Source: an uncultured Eubacteriales bacterium
Lineage (GTDB): Bacteria > Bacillota > Clostridia > Christensenellales > Aristaeellaceae
Length of the DNA: 64,000 nucleotides
Assembly (NCBI GenBank): GCA_900315675.1
Contig: OMZY01000013.1
Location: 700 to 64,699, forward strand
Reading direction: 5' to 3'
Part shown: positions 47,806-55,389 of the stretch, piece by piece
Position numbering within the stretch: the first letter of the stretch is position 1
Layout: the number at the start of each line of letters is the position of its first letter
Notes under the pieces: generated by a model
Seen by the model: only the letters and a program-made list of their open reading frames with translations
Told to the model about the DNA's origin: nothing
Databases searched by the model: none
Program-made: the position numbers and the translations under genes

Positions 47806-48207
47806 TTACAGTTCGATCGTCCGGTCTTCGGTGAAACTCCATATTCTCGCGGACTCGGGCTTGATATACATGGCCGCGAAAATGGGATTGTCCGGGGACT
47901 GATACAGGTGCTTCAGCGCCGGGGAGTTGGCAAACAGCTTTTCCTTAATTTCCATCCGGTCGTCCAGGTATGCCTTTCCGTGCACCCGCACCACCTTGGC
48001 GAAGTTCGGGGCGCTGACCGCCAGCTCCACGTCGGGCTGGCCCTGGATCTGCGTGTACATGCCCTTCTGGGTGGACAGGGCGTAGTAGAGCTTTCCGTCC
48101 TCCACATAATTCAGGCCGATCACCCGCGCATGCGGCCTGCCCTCCGCGTCCACGGTAGCCAGGTAGCCGCTCCTGTTTTCCAGCAGGAACTGAATGACTT
48201 CCTCCAT
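47806..48207 (-). CDS. Pyridoxamine 5'-phosphate oxidase-like FMN-binding protein
   Basis: YLATVDAEGRPHAR, LYYALSTQKGMYTQIQGQPDVEL, VRVHG. Confidence 0.88.
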   Translation of the reverse strand: MEEVIQFLLENRSGYLATVDAEGRPHARVIGLNYVEDGKLYYALSTQKGMYTQIQGQPDVELAVSAPNFAKVVRVHGKAYLDDRMEIKEKLFANSPALKHLYQSPDNPIFAAMYIKPESARIWSFTEDRTIEL

Positions 48208-48264
48208 TGTTTTTCCTCCTTTCCCTTTGAAATAAAACCTGTGGTATGGGATATATATCCTCGC

Positions 48265-49155
48265 TCAGCCTTTGATCGAGCCGAGCATTACGCCCGCGAC
48301 AAAGTATTTCTGGATGAAGGGATACACCGCCAGGATCGGCGCCGTGGCGATCACGATGGTCGTGTACTGGACCAGAGGCCGGTACAGGTCCGTCGCGCTG
48401 GCCGCGTCGCTGGGCACGTTGATGCTGGAGGTGTCCGCGTTGATCAGAATATCCCGCAGCACCAGCTGCAGCGGCCGGAGCGCCCGGTTCTTGCTCAGGT
48501 AGATGGAGGCCGGAAACCAGGAGTTCCAGATACCCACCGCGTAGTACAGTGCGATCACGGCCAGGGTCGCCTTGGTCACCGGCATGATGATCCGAAACAT
48601 GATGGTCAGGTGCCCGGCACCGTCGATGGTGGCGGATTCAACCAGGCCGTCCGGCACTTCCGACAGGGCGGTCCGCATGATGATGAAGTTGAAGGTGGAC
48701 ATGACCGTCGGCAGGATCAGCGCCGCCCGGGTATCCAGCATACCCAGGCCCCGGATGACCATGAAACGCGGAATCAGGCCGCCGTCAAACCACATCGTGA
48801 ACATGATCAGGAAGATCAGGACGCTTCCAAAGAGCAGGTTCTTCCTGGAAAGCACATAGGCCGCGATAAAGGTGAGCAGCACGCCCAGAAGGGTTCCCAG
48901 GCTCACATTGATGATCGTGTTCAGGTAGCCGGTCCAGACGCTTTTATTATTCAGCACCAGCGCATAGCCTTCCGTTGTAAATCCGCCGGCCGGCCAGAGC
49001 AGCAGCCCGCTGGACCGTCCCAGGTCGTAGGGCATACTGAAGGATGCGCACAGGGTATGCCAGATCGGCATCAGGCAGATCAGCGCGAAGAGAATCATGA
49101 TCAGGTGATTGAAAACCGTAAAGGTGATACCGCCGGCTGTTTTTCTGTATTTCAT
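48265..49155 (-). CDS. Carbohydrate ABC transporter permease
   Basis: FDGGLIP, GLVESATIDGA, VGIWNSWF, RPLQLVL. Confidence 0.92.
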   Translation of the reverse strand: MKYRKTAGGITFTVFNHLIMILFALICLMPIWHTLCASFSMPYDLGRSSGLLLWPAGGFTTEGYALVLNNKSVWTGYLNTIINVSLGTLLGVLLTFIAAYVLSRKNLLFGSVLIFLIMFTMWFDGGLIPRFMVIRGLGMLDTRAALILPTVMSTFNFIIMRTALSEVPDGLVESATIDGAGHLTIMFRIIMPVTKATLAVIALYYAVGIWNSWFPASIYLSKNRALRPLQLVLRDILINADTSSINVPSDAASATDLYRPLVQYTTIVIATAPILAVYPFIQKYFVAGVMLGSIKG

Positions 49156-49180
49156 ATCGATCGCCTCCGTTCGCCGCCGG

Positions 49181-50089
49181 TCAGAACAGGCTTCTCTCGG
49201 TCAGTTTCCGGGACAGGGCGTTGAAGCTGATCAGGAGAATGAAGTTCATCAGCGAGTTGAAAAGGTTCACCGCTGCGGCATAACTGTAATTGGCTTCCTT
49301 CAGGCCTGACCGGTACACGAAGGAGGAAATGGTATCCGCCGTCTCATACACCGCGGGGGAATACAGGAGGATGATCTTCTCGTAGCCGACGCTGAAGAGG
49401 CTGCCCAGCCGCATGATCAGCAGGATGATGATCGTCGTGCTGATCCCCGGCAGCGTCACGTGCAGGGTCTGCTGCCATCGGTTGGCGCCGTCCACAATCG
49501 ACGCATCGTACAGTTCCGGATCCACGCCGGAGATGGCAGCCAGGTAGATAATGCTGTTGAATCCGCAGTACTGCCACAGGTTGGTGCCCACAAAGATGCT
49601 CTGGAAGTACCGGTTGTCCCCCAGCATGTTGGTCGGGCTCATCCCGAAGAGCGTAAACAGCTGCGTGACGGCGCCCGTGGAGGAGAAGAACTCGATGATC
49701 AGCTTGGACATGACCACCACCGAGATGAAGTACGGCATGTAGCTGATCGTCTGGATCGTTTTCTTGAACCGCCGGCTCTTCAGCTCGTTGAGCAGCAGCG
49801 CCAGGATGATCGGCGCGGGGAAACCGATCAGGATGTCCTTCAGGCTCAGCAACAGGGTGTTCTTCAGCAGCCGGGAAAAATAGTAACTGCCGAAAAACTG
49901 CTCAAACCATTTGAAGCCCACCCAGTCGCTTCCGATAAAGCCCCGGGTCGGATTGAAGCGTTCAAAGGCCATGACCACGCCGAACATGGGGAAGTAATGG
50001 AAAATGATATAGAATGCCAGCACTGGCAGAAGGATCAGGTACAGGGTGCCATTCCGCCGCAGATCCCTCCTGAGAATGTTCTGTTTCAC
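49181..50089 (-). CDS. Carbohydrate ABC transporter permease (LplB-like)
   Basis: SDWVGFKWF, YMPYFISVVV, ELYDASIVDGA; GTG start. Confidence 0.92.
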   Translation of the reverse strand: MKQNILRRDLRRNGTLYLILLPVLAFYIIFHYFPMFGVVMAFERFNPTRGFIGSDWVGFKWFEQFFGSYYFSRLLKNTLLLSLKDILIGFPAPIILALLLNELKSRRFKKTIQTISYMPYFISVVVMSKLIIEFFSSTGAVTQLFTLFGMSPTNMLGDNRYFQSIFVGTNLWQYCGFNSIIYLAAISGVDPELYDASIVDGANRWQQTLHVTLPGISTTIIILLIMRLGSLFSVGYEKIILLYSPAVYETADTISSFVYRSGLKEANYSYAAAVNLFNSLMNFILLISFNALSRKLTERSLF

Positions 50090-50362
50090 ACAACCACCCG
50101 CTTTCGGAAATAGTGAAATAAACCGCCGTCATTGATTTTTGGCAACAGCAAACACACTCCCTCAGAGATCCCTTTTCCCCTTTGTTTTCCGGGGTCTTCC
50201 AGTTGCTGTGCCTGTTATTTTGTTCCGTTCTCCTGTTTACGCTCACATATTAGCATGTATTTTTGTCTTGACAAGTACTATCTTTTTTATTAGTATTAAC
50301 CCGAGCCAACAAATTATGCCTGAAGCTAATGAAGCAAATGAATCAGAGAGGAAGCGGAAAAT

Positions 50363-50722
50363 ATGACTGACCGTTCCAATATCACCCTTTTCGGGATTTG
50401 CCCGCTGACCACCGCGCAGGCAGTAATCTTCGGCAAATGGAAGCTGATGATCGTTTACCAGATCGGCACGGGGCAGAACCGTTTCAGTTCCATCAAGAAA
50501 AACCTTCCCGACTGTTCCGAAGCCATCCTGGCCAAGCAGCTGCGCGAACTGGAAGCCGACGGCATCATCCGGCGGATCGATTTCTTCGAGATGCCGCCCC
50601 ATGTAGAGTATTCCCTGACCGAATACGGCGAGAACCTGATGGGAATCGTCAGCATGATCGCCAAATGGGGCACCTCCTGGATCGCTGAATTCTGCCCGCG
50701 TACCGATCAGAAGGAAGCCTGA
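50363..50722 (+). CDS. HxlR family winged-helix regulator
   Basis: CPLTTAQAVIFGKWKLMI, LAKQLRELEADGII, PPHVEYSLTEYG. Confidence 0.92.
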   Translation: MTDRSNITLFGICPLTTAQAVIFGKWKLMIVYQIGTGQNRFSSIKKNLPDCSEAILAKQLRELEADGIIRRIDFFEMPPHVEYSLTEYGENLMGIVSMIAKWGTSWIAEFCPRTDQKEA

Positions 50723-50763
50723 TGTTCCTGATATGCGGGTTTCATTCCCATCCGCTTCAATAT

Positions 50764-50799
50764 AAAAAAGCCTTCCGGAATATCATCCGGAAGGCTTTT
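50764..50799. terminator. Bidirectional intrinsic terminator
   Basis: AAAAGCCTTCCGGA-ATATCA-TCCGGAAGGCTTTT. Confidence 0.8.
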
Positions 50800-50819
50800 C
50801 CATCACCTGTTCAATTGTC

Positions 50820-51610
50820 CACGGCGTCGTATCCGCAACCTCATTCGGCGCACTTTCCGCAATCTCAGTCGGCGCAGCAGGCATCGCTGACGCATCAACC
50901 CGCTGCTTGCTTCGATTGACTCGTTCGGGGCACTTTTGTCTTCGGCAAATGACCCACTGGGTCACCGCTTCCCTCGCTCCCCATTGGGCAGCTCGCTTGC
51001 TTCGGTTGAGACGACGATCGATGAGCCTTCAGCCACTCCTCTGTATGTGAACTGTTACCCAAATCAGAGATTTGGACAGTTCATCACGGCTGTCATCGAT
51101 TGTCGTATCCGCAACCTCAATCATCGCACTTTCCGCAATCTCAATGGTCGCAACTCCACACTGTGGAGCTTGCTCCCTTTCGATTGACCTCACCTCTGAC
51201 GAAATTTCTGCCACTGGCAGTCGTCAGAGGTTCGCCCCTTGGAGCGGTCGCATTGCTCGTTTCGGTACGGATTCGCGCGCGCACCGCGGGCGGAATTCCC
51301 GTCTCGCGCACCGCGCACGACAGGACTCCGCCTCATTTCGGCTTCGCCGACAGCCCACTGGGCTGACATTCAACTCGCTCTCCGCACCCTCAATCGGCGC
51401 GACTGTCTCCCAGACAGATCGCTTGTTTCGGGTGAGACGACGACCGATGAGATTTACTCCCGCATCCTCAAAGGTCGTTCATAGCCCTTGGAACGGGCTA
51501 TGCTCTTCCTTTCGGATGACTCGTTCGTCTCATTTCGGCTTCGCCGACAGCCCACTGGGCTGACATTCGGCTCGCTCCCCACTGGCTGTCATCGGTTGTC
51601 GTCCCACGGA
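50820..51610. other. ORF-poor region of nested hairpins and internal repeats
   Basis: 40-bp exact direct repeat (51332-51371, 51529-51568); imperfect 45-bp repeat (50826, 51102); several CCA-C-TGG palindromes; long-range inverted pairs. Confidence 0.7.
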
Positions 51611-51849
51611 TCTTCATACCCCATGGCCCGTTCGCTATCCCCTACACCAGCCGTAGTTGGATCCACAATGACGCCGATGAGGCCCAGGAAGGTCAGCACC
51701 TGGTTCAGCAGCTGCACAACCAGGTTCTGGGTCACCGCCGGGAACACGTCAAACAGCGCCAGCAGGCTGTAAATAAAGCCGATTACTAGGCTCAGGAAGC
51801 TTCCCAGCCAGACCTTGTTCTTAAAGCGCACTTTCCAGTTAATTCTCAT
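51589..51849 (-). CDS. Phage holin (phi LC3/LL-H-like)
   Basis: INWKVRFKNKVW...GVIVDPTTAGVGDSERAM; two TMs; RBS AGGAGG. Confidence 0.9.
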   Translation of the reverse strand: MRINWKVRFKNKVWLGSFLSLVIGFIYSLLALFDVFPAVTQNLVVQLLNQVLTFLGLIGVIVDPTTAGVGDSERAMGYEDPWDDNR

Positions 51850-51861
51850 AGTCATTCCTCC

Positions 51862-52080
51862 TTAAAGATGTTTGATTTCCTTCAGTTCGTCCTGCAGGTT
51901 TTTGACCGTTTCCTCCAGGCGGAACATCCGCTCCACCACGCTGTTGTGCTTGTCCACCTTCTCCTCCAGCTTTTCCAGCCGGTAAGCCACCAGCGCCGTC
52001 TGCTTCCGGTTGCTCACATAGACGCCCAGGAAGGCAAAACCGGCAGTGATCAGGGCAGCAATAATCGTCTCAACACTCAT
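51862..52080 (-). CDS. Small lysis-cassette membrane protein (XhlA/hemolysin-like)
   Basis: N-terminal TM then YRLEKLEEKVDKHNSVVER coiled coil; lies between endolysin and holin. Confidence 0.7.
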   Translation of the reverse strand: MSVETIIAALITAGFAFLGVYVSNRKQTALVAYRLEKLEEKVDKHNSVVERMFRLEETVKNLQDELKEIKHL

Positions 52081-52838
52081 CAGTTCATCAGCTCCTTCCA
52101 GGTCTTGGGCCCGCAGATCCCGTCAACGGTTAAACCATGGTCCTTCTGGAAGGCCTTCACTGCTTTTTCCGTCATCCTTCCAAAGTCCCCATCCACGCCG
52201 CAGGATCCCAGATCATAGCCCAGGCGTTCCAGAATACCCTGCATTTCCGCTACTGTTTCACCTTTACTTCCCCGCCGGATCGTCAGCCGGTTTTCAGCAT
52301 TTAATTCTGCATTCTGCATTCGCAATTCTGCATTGTCACCGGCGTAATCTACGCCGGTGACTTCCCCCCAGTGCGTCCATTTTCCCGCCGTGACCTTCGT
52401 GGTGGTCACGCCTTTGAGCGTGCTCATGGCTTCGATCACAATCCCGCCGCCCGCATACAGTCCCACATGGCTGTAGCTGCTGCCGTTCCAGACGAAGACC
52501 GCGGTGCCGGGCTTCAGGGTGCCCCGATCGGTGCGCTTGCCCTTGCTCAGTTCTCCCTTGTTCACGCAGAATTTCCGGTACATGGTATCGGATCCGTGGT
52601 AGATGCTTCCGCCCAGCTACTTAAACGCCCACGAAAAAAGGCCGCTGCAGTCAGCGACCCTGTGCCCGATCCATTTGCTCCCATACTGCCGTCCCTGTGC
52701 CCGGTTGGCATCCGTTGTTTTCTCCAGTTCCTTCTGCTTTTCGGCCGTCCACTTTTCTCCGGCCGTTCCCCAGATATAGCCCCAGTGTTCATCCAGCGCC
52801 TGCTGAAACTTCGCGATCAGCGCTTCTGCTTTGATCAT
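52080..52838 (-). pseudogene. NlpC/P60 endolysin with C-terminal peptidoglycan-binding domain, split by one in-frame TAG
   Basis: GYIWG...VADCSGL (Cys), TAG at 52617-52619, then in frame SHVGLY (His) and PG_binding_1 motif RRGSKGETV..MQGIL..LGYD..VDGDFG..T..AV..FQ. Confidence 0.8.
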
Positions 52839-52965
52839 TTCATTCACCTCTCCCTGATGCAATAGACTTGTCTATTTTTCTCTTTTGAGCCTGTTTCCCG
52901 CTTCCCCGCTGCGTTATGCTTTATGCAGCAAAAAGCGGCTGACGCCGCAAACGGAGGAAGAGATC

Positions 52966-53262
52966 ATGAAGAAACAGCTGTTTGTCGTAAGTTTCTGCTA
53001 CCGGGGTATGCTGGGCGGCGATATCATCGCGGATGAGAACGCCATCACCTACAAGACCGGAAAACTGACCATCCCCGCCGAATTCCGGAACCTGGAAATG
53101 AAGTATGCGGACATCGCTTATGTTTATCGTGACAAGGCCGGTTTTTTCCCGGCGGTCACCGTGCATATGAAAGATGGAAAGAACTATAAGTTTGTCATCT
53201 TCTTCGCCCGGAAGCGGTTCTTTGAACTGATGAAAAGCCGGGGCGTGAATGTCAATTCATAA
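52966..53262 (+). CDS. Hypothetical protein (non-phage, inserted)
   Basis: RBS GGAGG; 98 aa, beta-rich; opposite strand to phage genes. Confidence 0.7.
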   Translation: MKKQLFVVSFCYRGMLGGDIIADENAITYKTGKLTIPAEFRNLEMKYADIAYVYRDKAGFFPAVTVHMKDGKNYKFVIFFARKRFFELMKSRGVNVNS

Positions 53263-53312
53263 TTCACAATTCATAATGATATAATCACCAGACTCCCGGG
53301 AAAACGGGAAGA

Positions 53313-53373
53313 TGACAGAGGAGACGGGGTTAAGGTCAAACTTCGCATGACATTAACCCCGTCCCTCGTGTCA
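53313..53373. repeat. REP-like long hairpin (GACAGAGG...CCGTCCCTC.TGTC family)
   Basis: Right arm nearly identical to 2073-2093; related to 60056-60121. Confidence 0.75.
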
Positions 53374-53427
53374 ACTTCCCGCCATGCGCGATGAGCGCAT
53401 TAAGTATTAATTCTTCATTCTTCATTC

Positions 53428-53853
53428 TTAATTCTTAATTGTTTTTGTCCCCGCCGGGATCGGAATCACCTTCCCTGCCACTTCTCCATTTATCCCCGTA
53501 ATTGAAACCGTTCCGTCCCCGTTGTCTGTCTGCATGACGCCCGGAAAGGCCGTATGCAGCACCGCGGGGACGGTTTTGTTTGTCCCGTCCCAGGACCACA
53601 GGGCCAGCTTTGCCAGCAGGTACTGCCGGAAGGCTTCATCCTGTGCATCTGCGCCGACATCCCCGCGGTCCAGCCCCACGGACCGGGCCAGACTGTCCAG
53701 CTGAATCCCCTCCGCCGCGGCAAAGGAAAAGGCCGGCTGCAATGCTTCAATCACAGAAACCAGATCCTCCGCCTGCCGAAACACCGCCCCGGCCAGCGCC
53801 ATCAGGCGGGGTTTGTCCCGGGAGGCGCCCGGGAAAAGGGAAAGCCAGTCCAT
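53428..53853 (-). CDS. Baseplate protein, DUF2612-like
   Basis: AFSFAAAEGIQLDSLARSVGLDR...DEAFRQYLLAKL...WDGT; follows baseplate J. Confidence 0.7.
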   Translation of the reverse strand: MDWLSLFPGASRDKPRLMALAGAVFRQAEDLVSVIEALQPAFSFAAAEGIQLDSLARSVGLDRGDVGADAQDEAFRQYLLAKLALWSWDGTNKTVPAVLHTAFPGVMQTDNGDGTVSITGINGEVAGKVIPIPAGTKTIKN

Positions 53854-53865
53854 CCGTTCCCTCCT

Positions 53866-54783
53866 TTACTCAAAATGAATGGTAATGCCCGTACCCGGCA
53901 TCGGGGTGATCTTCTCTTTCCACCCGCAGGGAACCAGGTCCCGGATCACACCGGAAGCCCCCGCCGCGTTCACCTGCACATCCGTGACGATAAAGGTCCT
54001 CGCCATGGCCGGATCCGCCGCGTAGGCGACGCCGAACAGCTGCGGCACATTCAGCGGCACCGCCAGTCCCAGGTTCCCGATGTATTCCGCGACCGCGGCC
54101 GTCACCGCGTCCCGGATCCGGTCCCGGTTTCCGCTTTCCATCACCCGGATATACAGGTGAATCATCACCAGCTTGTCCGCATACCGGGTGAAGGGAATCA
54201 GATGCTCCCGTCCCTCCGCGTCCGTCGCGACGCCGGAGGTACTTCCCCAGGCGCCGATCCCCGGCGCTTTTTTGTCATAGATCGCCTGGGCCACCGCGTT
54301 CGACCCGCCGCCCCGGACCACCACGGCAATGCTGTGGCCGGGAATCCCGAGGCTGTCCGGCGCGTCCGTTTCATTCACATACACCAGGGCGTCCATGGCT
54401 CCGCCCGCAGACCGAACCGCCGCCAGGATCGCGTCTTTCGATCCGGATCCCCGGCTTGCCAGCGCGTGCCGGATCCTGTTCCGGACAGAAACGTCCGTTT
54501 CCCCCGCCTCCCGGGCCAACCCGTACTGGGGCAGCAGCAGGTCCAGCGCCTGCCCGGACGCGTAAGCCGGGTTCCGGCTGTTATAAGCCTTCAGCACCAG
54601 GGCGGAAACGTCGTCCAGCGCCCTGGCAAAAACGGAAAGCAGCTGGTAATCCGGCGCGGCGGCGGACAGCTCCGCCCCGGCGCCGAAGATCCCCCGGTAG
54701 GCTTCCGTCAGCGCCTCCAGCCGTTCCTCATACGTCGGCATATGGATGCCGGTACCGTCGATATACGGCGCGAAATATGCCAT
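53866..54783 (-). CDS. Baseplate J/gp47-like protein
   Basis: YFAPYIDGTGIHMPTYEE, NPAYASGQALDLL, GETDVSVRNR, PGHSIAVVVRGG..VAQAIYDKKAPGIG. Confidence 0.85.
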   Translation of the reverse strand: MAYFAPYIDGTGIHMPTYEERLEALTEAYRGIFGAGAELSAAAPDYQLLSVFARALDDVSALVLKAYNSRNPAYASGQALDLLLPQYGLAREAGETDVSVRNRIRHALASRGSGSKDAILAAVRSAGGAMDALVYVNETDAPDSLGIPGHSIAVVVRGGGSNAVAQAIYDKKAPGIGAWGSTSGVATDAEGREHLIPFTRYADKLVMIHLYIRVMESGNRDRIRDAVTAAVAEYIGNLGLAVPLNVPQLFGVAYAADPAMARTFIVTDVQVNAAGASGVIRDLVPCGWKEKITPMPGTGITIHFE

Positions 54784-54831
54784 CTCAATTCTCCGTTCTC
54801 TTTTGTCAGAAAAAAGTTTATAGTTAAAACA

Positions 54832-54859
54832 GAACCTGTTTTCCGGTTTCCCCGTCTAA
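54832..54859 (+). promoter_or_regulatory. ECF-type promoter
   Basis: GAACC-N16-CGTCTAA, same as 21153-21180. Confidence 0.7.
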
Positions 54860-54903
54860 CGGATGGAAAGAATCCCCGACAGTATGCTCCAGGAGGAACG
54901 ACC

Positions 54904-55389
54904 TTGACCAACGAAGCCTTTACCGAAGCCGTCATCCGGATGACGCCCACCCTGTACCGGGTTGCCCGGGGCCAGCTGATCATCGAAGCGGATCAGCAGG
55001 ACGCCGTGCAGGAAGCAATCCGCCGCAGCTGGGAAAAGCGCGGCAGCCTGAAGAACGAGCGCTATCTTCAGACCTGGGTCATTCGCATTCTCCTGAACGT
55101 TTGTCATGACATCCAGCGGCACAGCAAGCGGGAGGTCCCGGTGGAAGAACTCCCGGACCGGCCGATGGCGGCAGCGGATTCCATCGACCTGCGGGACGCC
55201 CTGTTCCGGCTGACGGAAAAAGAACGCGTTTCCGTGATCCTGCATTATATCGAAGGATATGATGTGAAGCATGTCGCTGAAATCCTGAAGATTCCTGTCG
55301 GCTCCGTCAAGACAAGACTGATGCGTGCCCGCGCCCATCTGCGGGAGATCCTGAACGAGGAGGCACTGGAAGACAATGAAACGAAATGA
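54904..55389 (+). CDS. ECF RNA polymerase sigma-70 factor
   Basis: TTG start behind AGGAGG; TLYRV...DAVQEA...TWVIRILLNVCHD; YIEGYDVKHVAEILKIPVGSVKTRL. Confidence 0.9.
   Translation: MTNEAFTEAVIRMTPTLYRVARGQLIIEADQQDAVQEAIRRSWEKRGSLKNERYLQTWVIRILLNVCHDIQRHSKREVPVEELPDRPMAAADSIDLRDALFRLTEKERVSVILHYIEGYDVKHVAEILKIPVGSVKTRLMRARAHLREILNEEALEDNETK

Noticed and set aside
50783-51563. Short ORFs, including repeated EIAESA..EVADTT peptides
   Set aside because: No RBS or family motifs, frames are short and inconsistent, and the repetition is explained by nucleotide-level direct and inverted repeats; a decayed gene cannot be fully excluded.
51849-51855. Holin dual-start (Met-Thr-Met) holin/antiholin motif
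   Set aside because: The first ATG is only 1 nt from the AGGAGG and there is no charged residue between the two Met codons.
53554-54903. Long N-terminal extension on the ECF sigma (611-aa ORF)
   Set aside because: Antisense to baseplate genes; RBS, TTG start at 54904 and the promoter define a normal 161-aa sigma.
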